Below are positions 39,957-49,796 of a stretch of 55,937 nucleotides of DNA, in pieces. A program made the translations under genes and the position numbers. The notes beneath the pieces were generated by a model. That model made no database searches, was not told where the DNA came from, and saw nothing but the letters and a program-made list of their open reading frames with translations. Origin of the DNA: Planctomycetota bacterium (lineage in GTDB: Bacteria; Planctomycetota; UBA11346); the NCBI GenBank assembly GCA_038231435.1, contig JBBRLJ010000034.1, positions 1-55,937 on the forward strand. The letters run 5' to 3'. The stretch's first letter is position 1; every line of letters begins with the position of its first letter.

Positions 39957-40571
39957 ATGCCCGACCCCGACCCCGACCTGGCATCGCGCCTGGAGCGTAT
40001 CGCCGCTGGCGACCACGATGCCGCGCGCGAGCTGGTTGAGCGTTGCCATCCGCTGGTCGCCAAGCTGGCGTGCGCGCATCGTCCGCGTTCACTCTCCGAA
40101 GAGGACCTCGTCCAGGAGGTGTTCATGAAGATGTTCGCCCATCTTGATCGCTATCAGCCGCGCGCCGGAATCCCGTTCGAGCACTGGCTCTCGCGCCTGG
40201 CCGTCAACACCTGCCTCGACGCGCTGCGCGCCGAACGCCGCCGCCCGGTGGAGCGGAGCGCCAGCGCCGGCGGCAGAGGCTCCATTGGTGCCATTGGTGA
40301 AGGCGAGCGCGGCTGGCTCGAGTCCCTGGCGGTCGACGGGGCGCCCGCGGTCGAGGATGCGCTCGCGGCCCGCGAGCTGGTTGAGATGCTGCTCGCCCGC
40401 CTCGAGCCGCGCGATCGCCTGCTGCTGACCCTGCTCGACCTCGAGGAACGCAGCGTCGCCGAAGTGGCCGAGGCCACAGGCTGGAACCGCACCCTGATCA
40501 AGGTCAGGGCGTTCCGTGCCCGGCGCCGCCTGCGCGCCGTGGCCGAGCGCCTGCGCCGGGAGCCGTCGTGA
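39957..40571 (+). CDS. ECF RNA polymerase sigma factor
   Basis: EDLVQEVF.K, WLSRLAVNTCLD (region 2); SVAEVAEATG...IKVRAFRARRRL (region 4). Confidence 0.92.
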   Translation: MPDPDPDLASRLERIAAGDHDAARELVERCHPLVAKLACAHRPRSLSEEDLVQEVFMKMFAHLDRYQPRAGIPFEHWLSRLAVNTCLDALRAERRRPVERSASAGGRGSIGAIGEGERGWLESLAVDGAPAVEDALAARELVEMLLARLEPRDRLLLTLLDLEERSVAEVAEATGWNRTLIKVRAFRARRRLRAVAERLRREPS

Positions 40572-41065
40572 GCTCATTCGACGAACGTTGGCGCCGCCTG
40601 GCCGCCGCGTCGCGGCGCGCTCCCCAGCCGCCGCTCGCGGCGCTGCCGGAGCGCATCGTCGCGTTGCGCGCGCCGGCGAGAGGGGCATCGCCTGGACCAT
40701 ACCCTGGACGATCGTTGCTGGAGCGCTTCGCCTTGCGCGCCGCGTTCGCGCTCGGCGCTGCGGCCTACGCCGTCGCGGCGTGGCTGCTGCCGCTGTCGCT
40801 CGATGGCGACGGCCGCGGCATCGCGCCGCTGCCGCGCCCATCGCTCTCAAGCATGATGGCGCTGCCGAGGCCTCCGGGCCTGCCGCCGCCGCGCGGCCTG
40901 TTCATGGCGATCGGCGACGCCGTCGCGTCGCTTTCTGGCGGCTGGTCGATCACGCGCGGGACCTCCGTGGATGGAGCTGCGCCCGATCCCCAGGATCCCC
41001 ATCAGCCCGCCGCCGCGCCATCCCCCGACCATCCCACCCGCAACGCTTCGGGAACTTCCCTATGA
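40568..41065 (+). CDS. Putative membrane anti-sigma factor
   Basis: GTGA overlap with the sigma stop codon; FDERWRRL N-terminus, one hydrophobic segment, Pro-rich tail. Confidence 0.55.
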   Translation: MSSFDERWRRLAAASRRAPQPPLAALPERIVALRAPARGASPGPYPGRSLLERFALRAAFALGAAAYAVAAWLLPLSLDGDGRGIAPLPRPSLSSMMALPRPPGLPPPRGLFMAIGDAVASLSGGWSITRGTSVDGAAPDPQDPHQPAAAPSPDHPTRNASGTSL

Positions 41066-41652
41066 TCATGGCCGACGTCCTCACCTGGTTCCTCGTCATC
41101 ATCGGTACCTGGGTGGTGCTGAACTGCTATTGGCTCACCGCGGCGGCGCTGTTTCCGCGCGTGGTCGACGGGTGCGCGGAGCGCTACGCTCGCCGTCCGA
41201 TCGCCGCCACCATGGTCGGAGTGGGCATCCTCGCGCCGCTGATGGTGTTCGCGATCACCGCGATGAAGGTGGCGAATCATCCGCTGGTCGGAGGCGCGAT
41301 GCTGGCGCTGCTGTCGGTGCCGGCGTTTCTGGCCTTGATCGGCTCGGCCGGACTGGCGCGGCGCATCGGCGCGGGGCTGTCCTCGGATACGGCGACGATG
41401 CCCGTCTGCGTCGCCCGCGGCGGTGCGGTGCTCGCGTTCACCTTCCTGCTGCCGTTGGTCGGTTGGTTCGTGGTCCTGCCATTCGCCCTGGTCAGCGGTT
41501 TCGGCGCGTCGGTGATGGTCCTGTGGAGCAGGGCCTTCTCGTCCCGGTCGGAAACCGCGGCCACCACCGGCGCGGCGAGGCGCGTCCAGGCGGTGCCCGG
41601 AGACGCCAACGACGCGCCGTCGGTCATCACCGTGGTGTCGGCTCCCAAGTGA
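41062..41652 (+). CDS. Integral membrane protein
   Basis: ATGA overlap; 4-5 hydrophobic segments. Confidence 0.7.
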   Translation: MIMADVLTWFLVIIGTWVVLNCYWLTAAALFPRVVDGCAERYARRPIAATMVGVGILAPLMVFAITAMKVANHPLVGGAMLALLSVPAFLALIGSAGLARRIGAGLSSDTATMPVCVARGGAVLAFTFLLPLVGWFVVLPFALVSGFGASVMVLWSRAFSSRSETAATTGAARRVQAVPGDANDAPSVITVVSAPK

Positions 41653-43163
41653 ACATCGTACCCGCGGCGATCACGGCCAGCCGCGGCGCGCCTCGCGGGC
41701 GCACCACGCGGCGCGATCTGTTGTTGCTGATGGGCGGAGCTTTCGCGGTGCTGGCCTCGGGCTGCTCGGTTCCCGGGATCCTGGCTCCCGCCGGACCGGC
41801 GGCGGCGTTTCCGCCGCCAGGCGGCGAGCGCATCGACGAGCTCGGCCACGTGCTCTCGCGCTGCAGTTTCGGCATCGCGCCGGGTGAGCGCGCCGAGGCC
41901 GGCGCGCTCGGCATCGATGCCTGGCTCGAACGCCAGCTCGAGCCGGCGGCGATCGATGACGACGCCTGCGAGCGCTTGGCACGCGGGTTCAGCGTGCTCG
42001 GTGAACCCGCTGGCGAGCTGTACGAATACAAGAAGGAGGTGGTCGCGCGCGAACTGGCCCAGTCGACGCTCATGCGCGCGGTGCATTCGCGCCGCCAGCT
42101 GTACGAGGTCATGGTCTCGTTCTGGAGCGACCACTTCAACATCGACCTCTCGAAAGCGGATTGCGCATGGCTGAAGGCGGCCGACGAGCGCGACGTCGCT
42201 CGCGCTCATGCGCTCGGCAGGTTTCCGGATCTGCTGCGCGCCTCGGCGCTGAGCCCGGCGATGCTGTGGTACCTCGACGGCCGCGAGAACCGCCGTGCCT
42301 CGCCGGATGACCGCCCGAACGAGAACTACGCGCGCGAGTTGCTCGAACTGCACACCCTGGGCGTCCACGGCGGCTACAGCCAGCGCGATGTCATGGAGGT
42401 CGCGCGTTGCCTCAGCGGCTGGACGGTGCGCGACCGCTCGCGCTTCCGCAAGGGCATGGTCGAATTCATTCCCACGGCGCACGATGACGGCGAGAAGCTG
42501 GTGCTGGGCCAGCGCATCGCCGCCGGGGGCGGCGCGGGGGATCTCGACCGCGTGTTGGCCATCGTCTGCGCGCATCCCTCCACCGCCCGCCACATCGCCA
42601 CCAAGCTGTGCCGGCGCTTCATCGCCGAGGATCCTCCCGCTGCCGCGGTCGACGCCGTGGCCGGGGCATTCACCGCGAGCTCCGGCGACGTCCGCGCGGT
42701 CATGCGCGCGCTGTTCGCGTGCCCGTCCTTCCGTGCCGAGGAGCCGGAGCTGCGCGCGTTGCGCGGGGCCAAGCTCAAGCGCCCGTTCCACTACCTGGCG
42801 TCGATGCTGCGCGCGACCGATGCGGTCACCGACGCCTCCAGGCAGCTCCTCGACCATCTCGCCGCGCTCGGGCAGGTGCCGTTCCGCTTTCCGACGCCGG
42901 ACGGCTATCCCGACACCGCGGCGGCCTGGAAGGATGGGCTGCTGTGGCGTTGGAAGCTCGCCGCCGCGCTCGCCGCGAACCGCATTCCCGGCACCCGCAT
43001 CGACGCGGACGATCTGCTGCGGCGCGCCGGAGGTGCAGACGGGCTCGCCCGGCATCTGCTCGGACGCGCGCCGGATCCGGCCGAACGCCGCGCGCTCGAT
43101 GCGGCGGGGCCGTCGCGGGCGCTGGTACTGCTGCTGTCCTCGCCCGCGTTCCAGCGTTGCTGA
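41649..43163 (+). CDS. DUF1800 family protein with Tat/lipoprotein signal
   Basis: TRRDLLLL...LASGC; QLYEVMVSFWSDHFN, SPAMLWYLD, PNENYARELLELHTLG. Confidence 0.9.
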   Translation: MNIVPAAITASRGAPRGRTTRRDLLLLMGGAFAVLASGCSVPGILAPAGPAAAFPPPGGERIDELGHVLSRCSFGIAPGERAEAGALGIDAWLERQLEPAAIDDDACERLARGFSVLGEPAGELYEYKKEVVARELAQSTLMRAVHSRRQLYEVMVSFWSDHFNIDLSKADCAWLKAADERDVARAHALGRFPDLLRASALSPAMLWYLDGRENRRASPDDRPNENYARELLELHTLGVHGGYSQRDVMEVARCLSGWTVRDRSRFRKGMVEFIPTAHDDGEKLVLGQRIAAGGGAGDLDRVLAIVCAHPSTARHIATKLCRRFIAEDPPAAAVDAVAGAFTASSGDVRAVMRALFACPSFRAEEPELRALRGAKLKRPFHYLASMLRATDAVTDASRQLLDHLAALGQVPFRFPTPDGYPDTAAAWKDGLLWRWKLAAALAANRIPGTRIDADDLLRRAGGADGLARHLLGRAPDPAERRALDAAGPSRALVLLLSSPAFQRC

Positions 43164-43181
43164 CGGGACAGGTCGACCGCC

Positions 43182-44285
43182 ATGGATCCCACCACGATCG
43201 CGCATCCCGGCTCCAGCATCGGACGCACACTGGTGGTGGTGTTCCTGCGCGGAGGAGCCGACGGGCTCAGCCTGGTCCCCCCGGTTGGCGACGATGATTA
43301 TCACCGCGCGCGACCACGCATCGCCGTGTCGGCGAAGGAAGGCGTCGCGCTCGACCACCGTTTCGCGCTGCATCCGTGCCTCGCCGCGCTCGAGCCGGCC
43401 TTCCACGAGGGCTGTCTGGCGGTGGTGCCGGCATGCGGCTCTGACGACGACACGCGCTCGCATTTCGAGGCCCAGGATCTGATGGAGCATGGCAGCCGCA
43501 CCATCGCCGGGGGTTGGATCGGTCGCTGGCTGCGCCGCTCCAGCCACGGCGAGTCGGCGGCGCTGAGCGCGTTGGCATTGGGCTCCGAGGTTCCGGAGAG
43601 CCTGCGTTCCGCGCCCAGCGCGACGGTGCTGCGTTCGCTCGACGACCTCGCGCTGGACGTCGATGCGCCGCCGCGCGCTGCGATGGCCGAGCTCTACGCT
43701 GGCGACGACATGCTGGCGGCCTCGGCGCGTGACGCGCTGTCGGCGGTCGAGCGCATGGGGCGCCTGCGCGCTGACGCCTACCGGCCCGAGCGCGGCGCGG
43801 TCTACGCCGACGAGGCGTTCGCATCCGGTCTGCGCCAGATCGCCCAGCTGGTCAAGGCCGAGGTCGGCGTCCAGGCCGCGACCATCGATCTCTTCGGCTG
43901 GGACAGCCATTTCCTGCAGGCGACCTTGATCGAGCCGCAGATGCGCATCCTGGCGAGCGGCCTCGCGGCGTTCGCTGCCGATCTCGGTCCGCGTCTCGCC
44001 ACCACCTCGGTGGTGGTGATGAGCGAATTCGGCCGTCGGGTGCACGAGAACTCGGCCCTCGGCACCGATCACGGGCGCGGCGGCGCGCTGTTCGTGTTGG
44101 GTGGCGGCGTGCGGGGCGGCGTGCATGGCACCTGGCCAGGGCTGGCCGATGGCAGCCTCGACGGCCCGGGCGACGTGGCGGTGGCCAACGATTACCGCGA
44201 TGTGCTGGCGCCGGTGCTTGCGCGTCATGGCGGTGGGGCGGACGCGGCGTTTCCGGGCCGCGCGTTCGCCGATTTCGCCATCTGA
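43182..44285 (+). CDS. DUF1501 family protein
   Basis: LVVVFLRGGADGL, RSHFEAQD, GWDSH, SEFGRR..EN...GTDHG. Confidence 0.9.
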   Translation: MDPTTIAHPGSSIGRTLVVVFLRGGADGLSLVPPVGDDDYHRARPRIAVSAKEGVALDHRFALHPCLAALEPAFHEGCLAVVPACGSDDDTRSHFEAQDLMEHGSRTIAGGWIGRWLRRSSHGESAALSALALGSEVPESLRSAPSATVLRSLDDLALDVDAPPRAAMAELYAGDDMLAASARDALSAVERMGRLRADAYRPERGAVYADEAFASGLRQIAQLVKAEVGVQAATIDLFGWDSHFLQATLIEPQMRILASGLAAFAADLGPRLATTSVVVMSEFGRRVHENSALGTDHGRGGALFVLGGGVRGGVHGTWPGLADGSLDGPGDVAVANDYRDVLAPVLARHGGGADAAFPGRAFADFAI

Positions 44286-44392
44286 GCGAGCCAAGGGCGG
44301 CGGCCGGCCGCGTTGACGCTTGCGCTCGCCCTCGCCCTCTACCTTGCCGCGTGCGGGCCTTGTGCATGCTCGACGCAGCTCGAGGAGAGCAC

Positions 44393-45424
44393 ATGCGCAT
44401 CCATCCGCTCCTGTGCACGCTCAACATGTTCCGCCTGCTGAGCGTGCTGCTGATCGTAGTCTCGGCCGCGAACATAGCCGCGCCCATAGCCTCAGCCGTG
44501 GAGGAGCCGGCGCCCGATCGCGGCGCGACGCGCGCGCGCATCGATGAACTGACCAAGGCCTTCACCGTCCTCAAGCATCCGGCGACCCTCGGCCTGCTGC
44601 GCGAGGCCATCGCGCTCTCGATCTCGTTCGGCGCGCCCGCCTACAACGCCGGGGATCACGCCGCATGCGGCGATTTCTATGCCGAGACCGCGGTGAATCT
44701 GGTGAAGGCGTTTCCCGCTGACGCCATGGCGACCCAGGATGCCGCCCGCGGACTGCGCGAACTGCGCGCGTCGACCGAGCGCGCCGCGCACATCACCGAT
44801 GCCGATCGCCGCGCGTGGACGATGCGTTTCGGATTCGATCAGGTGACCATGGCCTGTGACGCGATGGGCCAGCATGGAACGATGCTCGCGCGCTCGGGGA
44901 TGGAGTACTTCCATCGCGCGGATTACGAGGAGGCCGAACTCGCCTTCGCCTCGGCGCTCGAGATCCAGACCGAGCTCTCAGGAGGAGGCATCGACTCGAT
45001 CCCCTGGGAAGTGCGCTTCGCCGGAGTCATGCGCGGACAGACCCGGCTCGCGCTCGGACACATCGCGGATGCCGCGGCGATGGTCGGCGCAGGCATCGCC
45101 GTGACGCCGGAGCTGGCCAAAGCGGATTTCGACCTGCACGGGCTGTATGGTGAACGCGTGGAGCTCGACCACGCGCTGGCCGATCTCGCCGTCTACGTCG
45201 ATCAGCATCCGCAGGAGGTGGACGCGCGCTTCCTGCTCGGCTTCGAGCAGCGCTTCACCGGCCGCAAGGACGAGGCCGAGAAGACCTTCGCCCGGGTGCT
45301 GATCCTGGTCCCCGGCCATGCCGGCGCGCGGCTGCTTGGGCGGCCGAAGGGCGCGGCTGACGCGGGCGGCGATGCGGGCGCCGGCGACGCGGGGGAGGGT
45401 GGCGCCGACAGCGCGGTGCCCTGA
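44393..45424 (+). CDS. Secreted TPR-containing protein
   Basis: Signal peptide, helical domain (AI..GAPAYNAGD..AC..FY), TPR-like repeats; GAGGAG RBS. Confidence 0.7.
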   Translation: MRIHPLLCTLNMFRLLSVLLIVVSAANIAAPIASAVEEPAPDRGATRARIDELTKAFTVLKHPATLGLLREAIALSISFGAPAYNAGDHAACGDFYAETAVNLVKAFPADAMATQDAARGLRELRASTERAAHITDADRRAWTMRFGFDQVTMACDAMGQHGTMLARSGMEYFHRADYEEAELAFASALEIQTELSGGGIDSIPWEVRFAGVMRGQTRLALGHIADAAAMVGAGIAVTPELAKADFDLHGLYGERVELDHALADLAVYVDQHPQEVDARFLLGFEQRFTGRKDEAEKTFARVLILVPGHAGARLLGRPKGAADAGGDAGAGDAGEGGADSAVP

Positions 45425-45485
45425 GGCCCGAACGACGGCCACTGCCTTTTTGCTCCACCCTGCTAGCCTGCGCGCCGAGGTTCAC

Positions 45486-46523
45486 ATGCGGACTCCGCGG
45501 TCATCCGTCAGGCTTTGCGACTGGGCGATCGTCACGCCGATCGTCACGCCGATCTTCATGTCGATCGCCACGCTGATGATCTCGTTGATCGGCGTCGCCG
45601 TCCTCGGGGCCGCGGACGGCCCGTTGCCGGCGACCCAAGGCCCCGATGACCCGGGCACCACGCGCGGCAGGCTGGTCGTCGATGGCGTCGAGCGCACCTT
45701 CGTGCGCTTCATCCCGAGATCGCACAAGCCGGCGAAGCCGTGCGCGCTGGTGCTGGTCCTGCATGGCGGCGGTGGCCAAGGCGACGGCATGGCCAACGTT
45801 ACCGAGCATGGCTTTGAATTCCTCGCCGAGAAAGACGACGCGGTCATCATCTATCCCGATGGCATCGAGAAGAACTGGTACGACGACCGCGAGGGCGTCG
45901 ACAGCTACGCGCACCAGCACAAGGTCGATGACGTAGGTTTCATCCGTCGGCTGGTCGCCGATGCCTCGAACGCATCCAAGATCGATCCCGACCGCGTCTA
46001 TGCGACGGGTATCTCCAACGGCGCCATGATGTGCTATCGCCTGGCGCGCGAGCTGCCCGGCACCTTCGCGGCGATCGCGCCGGTGGCAGGCCTCCTGCCG
46101 GTGGGCGCCTCGACCAAGCCGTGGCCGAAGCCGCTCTCGACCTTGCTCATCCAGGGCTCGCAGGATCCGCTCATGCCGTTCGATGGCGGCGGCGTAGCTG
46201 GCAGTGGGCGCAATCCGGAACGCGGACGCGTGCTGTCAGCGGCGGATACCGTGCGCTTCCTGGTCGAGCAGGACCACCTCACCGGGGCGGCGCGCACGGT
46301 CGTGCTGCCGGATACCGATCCGCACGACGCGACCACCACCAAGGCAGAGATCTACGGCGCCGAAGGCGGTACCTCGGTGGCGTGCTACGTGGTCGAGGGC
46401 GGTGGGCACACCTGGCCGGGCGGCAGGCAATACCTGACCGAGCGGATCATCGGCAAGACCAGCCATGATTTCGAGGCGTGCGCGGTGATCTGGGAGTTCT
46501 TCGCGAAACATCCGCGCTTTTAG
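45486..46523 (+). CDS. PHB depolymerase/LpqC-like alpha/beta-hydrolase esterase
   Basis: LVLHGGGG, YPDG, DDVGFI, GISNGA nucleophile elbow, GGGHTWPG. Confidence 0.88.
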   Translation: MRTPRSSVRLCDWAIVTPIVTPIFMSIATLMISLIGVAVLGAADGPLPATQGPDDPGTTRGRLVVDGVERTFVRFIPRSHKPAKPCALVLVLHGGGGQGDGMANVTEHGFEFLAEKDDAVIIYPDGIEKNWYDDREGVDSYAHQHKVDDVGFIRRLVADASNASKIDPDRVYATGISNGAMMCYRLARELPGTFAAIAPVAGLLPVGASTKPWPKPLSTLLIQGSQDPLMPFDGGGVAGSGRNPERGRVLSAADTVRFLVEQDHLTGAARTVVLPDTDPHDATTTKAEIYGAEGGTSVACYVVEGGGHTWPGGRQYLTERIIGKTSHDFEACAVIWEFFAKHPRF

Positions 46524-46628
46524 TTGGGGCTTTCAGTTGGGGGACTTTCAGTTGGGGGACTGCGGCCCCCCAACATCGGCCTGCCCCTACCGACCGGGGC
46601 CTCACGCTGTCCTGCCCCCCAGGAGCCG
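46518..46628. repeat. Palindromic element family B, copy 1, with a duplicated 15-mer
   Basis: TTTCAGTTGGGGGAC x2 (46531-46560), GGGGGAC/GCCCCCC hairpin, CTGCCCCTACCGACCGGGGCCTCACG. Confidence 0.7.
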
Positions 46629-46749
46629 GGGAGCAGGATGTGAATGCAGGCATCGCTTCGCCGCCTGGGTGAGGCTCGCCGCGATTCTTGCGTGGCGATG
46701 GGCTCGATTTGGGGAGGTGATCGGGTAGACAGGGGGCATTGGAGGTCGC

Positions 46750-47361
46750 ATGCGGCATGTCATCGGTTCGGTGATCCTCATCGCCTTGGCTGCGAGCGCG
46801 CGGGGGGCGGTCGCCGCGGCGCCCGTCGACGGGGCGCCCGCTGGAGGGGGGCGGGCGGTGCATGCGCATGACGCGCACAGCGTGCGGCTCGGGCTTGAGA
46901 TCGAGCGGGCGGGGCGCGACGATTACGACGCCTTCCATGGCAGTGGACACGCCGGGGTCAGCGAGGTGTTCGGCGTCGGCTGGGACATGGGCATCATGCT
47001 GCGCGGGCACTACAACTGGACGAACAGGAGTGGCGATCTGCCCACCGGCGACATCAACTATCTGCTGGTGCCGAAGTATCGTTTCCACCAGGACGACGCG
47101 TTTTCTCCGTACCTCGGTCTTCAGCTCGGCATCACCACTTCGTGGTACAGCCACAACACCGGCGTGGTCGGCGGCACCGGTTCGGTCACCTACGACCGGC
47201 GCATCGCGCACACCGCCACTGGCGGTGGCGTGGCCGGCTTCGACTGGTTCCTCGATCGCAAGGTCAGCCTGTTCGTCGAGATCAGCAGCCTCTACACCGT
47301 CGTCGACAACGATCTGGTGCGCTACAACGACCTAGTGCTCGGTTTGTCGTACTGGTTCTGA
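46750..47361 (+). CDS. Outer-membrane beta-barrel protein
   Basis: Signal peptide, alternating beta strands, FSPYLGLQLG, terminal LGLSYWF aromatic signature; GGAGG RBS. Confidence 0.8.
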   Translation: MRHVIGSVILIALAASARGAVAAAPVDGAPAGGGRAVHAHDAHSVRLGLEIERAGRDDYDAFHGSGHAGVSEVFGVGWDMGIMLRGHYNWTNRSGDLPTGDINYLLVPKYRFHQDDAFSPYLGLQLGITTSWYSHNTGVVGGTGSVTYDRRIAHTATGGGVAGFDWFLDRKVSLFVEISSLYTVVDNDLVRYNDLVLGLSYWF

Positions 47362-47362
47362 C

Positions 47363-47445
47363 TTTTAGTTGGGGATTTACGACCCCCAAAACTTCGCGCT
47401 GCCCCTACCGACCGGAGCCTCACGTCGCGCTGCCCAAGAAGGAGC
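47363..47445. repeat. Palindromic element family B, copy 2
   Basis: TTTTAGTTGGGG..CCCC hairpin and CTGCCCCTACCGACCGGAGCCTCACG, a direct repeat of 46518-46628. Confidence 0.7.
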
Positions 47446-47508
47446 TGGTTGCTGTCAAAACCAGGCAGGCTCACCGCCTGGTTGGCTCCGAGTCCAGTCC
47501 AGCCTGAC

Positions 47509-47922
47509 TCAGCAGTTCGCTTCGAAGGCCTTGGTGAAGGTCTCGGCGATCTGTTGCGGATAGCGGCCTTCGATCTGGTGGCGGTGCAGGACCCACACCA
47601 CTTCGCCGTCCTTGAGCAGCGCGGCGCTCGGGCTCGACGGGGGATATTCGGCGAAGTGCTTGCGCGCGGCGGAGACGGCGTCCTTGTCGACGCCGGCGAA
47701 CACCGTGAGCACCTGGTCGGGCTTCTTGGCGGCCTTGGCCAGCGCCTCGGTGAGCCCAGGACGCGCGCCGCCGGCGGCGCAGCCGCACACGCTGTTGATG
47801 AACACCAGCGCGGTGCCCTTCTTGGCCAGCGCGGCATCGACTTCCTGCGCGGTGCGCAGCTCGGTCAGACCCATCTCCTGGACTTCCTCGCGGATGGGAT
47901 CGGTCAGTTCGGCTGGGTACAT
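47509..47922 (-). CDS. BrxA/BrxB family bacilliredoxin (YphP/YqiW-like)
   Basis: INSVCGCAAGGARP (CGC motif), TVFAGVD, PPSSPS..L.KDG, RHQIEGR. Confidence 0.9.
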   Translation of the reverse strand: MYPAELTDPIREEVQEMGLTELRTAQEVDAALAKKGTALVFINSVCGCAAGGARPGLTEALAKAAKKPDQVLTVFAGVDKDAVSAARKHFAEYPPSSPSAALLKDGEVVWVLHRHQIEGRYPQQIAETFTKAFEANC

Positions 47923-48044
47923 GGCGGGCTCCTCGGGGGTCGGGACATCATCATGCACGCCCCCCACGGAAGTGAAGGGTCCGCGAAACGGGTCTGCGGA
48001 TGCGTCCTGCGTCCCCCGTCGTCCCACCCGTGCGGCTTAAGCCG

Positions 48045-48170
48045 CGAGCGCCCGCCGAGCTCCGATGTGCGTGAACAATGGGCGGAGCCCATCACGCAAA
48101 CGTTCTGGCCGGGACGGCCAGAACGAAGGACGACAAAGGTCGTGGGGGCTCGGGGGCGGAGCCCCCGCAC
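48045..48170. repeat. Family A palindromic element (diverged copy)
   Basis: TGCGTGA..ATGGGCGGAGCCCATCACGCA, TTCTGGCC/GGCCAGAA, CGACAAAG..CGTGGGGG..GGGGGCGGAGCCCCCGCAC. Confidence 0.7.
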
Positions 48171-48176
48171 TCCTAG

Positions 48177-49796
48177 CTAGCGCGGGGCAGCAGCCTTGGC
48201 CTGGGCCCTGGCCTTCGCCAGGCCCGGCTCCTCGCCGGCGAGCGCGTACTCGACGGCTTCCTCGAGCGCGCGCCAGCTGGCCTCGATGATGTTCTCGCTG
48301 ACGCCGACGGTGCCGAACGAACGTCCGCCGAAGTGGTGCTCGATGAGCACGCGCACTTTGGCCGCGGTGCCGTCGGCGCTGTTCACCACGCGCACCTTGT
48401 AGTCGACCAGGTGCAGGTCCTTCAGCTCGGGATACGACGGCAGCAGCGCCGACATCAGCGCTTGGCTCAGCGCATCGACGGGGCCGTGGCCCTCGGCCAC
48501 GCATAGGCGCAGCTGCCCGTCCACGGTGAGCTTGACCGTGGCCTCGACCAGATCGACTGCGTCATCCGCCGTGCCCAGCCCATGGATGCGGTAGTGGTGG
48601 AGCGTGAACGGATCCGCGAAACCGCCGACATGGCGGCGCACCAGCAGATCGAAGCTCGCGTCGGCGGCCTCGTAGCTGTAGCCGGCGTTCTCGAGCTCGA
48701 CCACGTCGGTGAGGATGGTCGCCACCACCGCGGCGTCGTTCAGCTGCGGATAACGGGTCGCGAGCTTGGCCTGGATGTTCGAGCGGCCGGAGAGCTCGCT
48801 GACCAGGATGCGACGGGTATTGCCGACGGTCTCGGGCTCGACGTGTTCGTAGGTCAGCGCGTTGCGCTGCACCGCCGAGACGTGGATGCCGCCCTTGTGA
48901 GCGAACGCCGAGCGTCCGACGAACGGCTGGCCGGTGGGGCCCTGCAGGTTGATGCGCTCCCACACTGCTCGGCTGACTTCGGTGAGGCGCGCGAGCCGGC
49001 CGTCGGGCAGGCAGCGGATGCCGAGCTTCAGTTCGCAGTTGGCGATCACCGCGGTGAGGTCGACATTGCCGCAGCGCTCGCCGACACCGTTGATGCAGCC
49101 CTGGGCCTGCACGCAGCCGGCCTGGATGGCGGCGAGGGTATTGGCGACCGCGAGCCCGCCGTCGTTGTGCACGTGGATGCCGAGCTTCGCGTCGGGCAGT
49201 CGCGCGCGCACCTCGGCGATCGCACGCACGATGTCCTGCGGCAGGCTGCCGCCGTTGGTGTCGCACAGCACCAGGCGCGATGCGCCGGCGCGATGCGCGG
49301 CCTCGATGGTGTCGAGCGCGTACGACGGATTCGCCTTCCAGCCGTCGAAGAAGTGTTCGGCGTCGTAGAACACCGGCCGCGCCGTCTCCTTCACCAGGAA
49401 GGCGACCGAGTCGGCGATCATCGCCAGGTTGTCCTCGAGCGGCACGCGTAGCGCGTCGCGCACGTGCAGATCCCACGTCTTGCCGAAAATGCAGGTGACG
49501 TCGGCCTTCGCCGACACCAGCTTCTGCAGGTTGTGGTCATCCGCCGCGGCAGTCTTGGCGCGCCGCGTCGAGCCGAAAGCCGAGATCTTCGCCTGCAGGC
49601 CTGGCAGCTCGCGTACCTTCTCGAAGTAGGCCTCGTCCTTGGCGTTGGAACCGGGCCACCCGCCCTCGATGAAGCCGATGCCCAGGTAGTCGAGGTCCAC
49701 GGTGAGCTTGAGCTTGTCGACGAGGCTCAGGCTCACGCCTTCGCCCTGCGCGCCATCGCGCAGCGTGGAATCATATATTTCGAGCATGTCAGGCAT
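48177..49796 (-). CDS. cimA: Citramalate synthase
   Basis: YDSTLRDGAQGEG, IEGGWPGSN, FGKTWDLHV, DAEHFFDG, AFAHKGGIHVSAV, YEH..PE.VGN, DYKVR. Confidence 0.92.
   Translation of the reverse strand: MPDMLEIYDSTLRDGAQGEGVSLSLVDKLKLTVDLDYLGIGFIEGGWPGSNAKDEAYFEKVRELPGLQAKISAFGSTRRAKTAAADDHNLQKLVSAKADVTCIFGKTWDLHVRDALRVPLEDNLAMIADSVAFLVKETARPVFYDAEHFFDGWKANPSYALDTIEAAHRAGASRLVLCDTNGGSLPQDIVRAIAEVRARLPDAKLGIHVHNDGGLAVANTLAAIQAGCVQAQGCINGVGERCGNVDLTAVIANCELKLGIRCLPDGRLARLTEVSRAVWERINLQGPTGQPFVGRSAFAHKGGIHVSAVQRNALTYEHVEPETVGNTRRILVSELSGRSNIQAKLATRYPQLNDAAVVATILTDVVELENAGYSYEAADASFDLLVRRHVGGFADPFTLHHYRIHGLGTADDAVDLVEATVKLTVDGQLRLCVAEGHGPVDALSQALMSALLPSYPELKDLHLVDYKVRVVNSADGTAAKVRVLIEHHFGGRSFGTVGVSENIIEASWRALEEAVEYALAGEEPGLAKARAQAKAAAPR

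Noticed and set aside
41277..44294. 1005-aa minus-strand ORF and many other long overlapping ORFs (e.g. 149-1693, 3178-4719, 20881-22875, 35992-37770)
   Set aside because: Antisense or frame shadows of real genes in high-GC DNA, with Arg/Ala/Gly-rich translations and no motifs.
46518..47445. Integron gene cassette with attC sites
   Set aside because: No RYYYAAC...GTTRRRY box pair and no integrase in the window.
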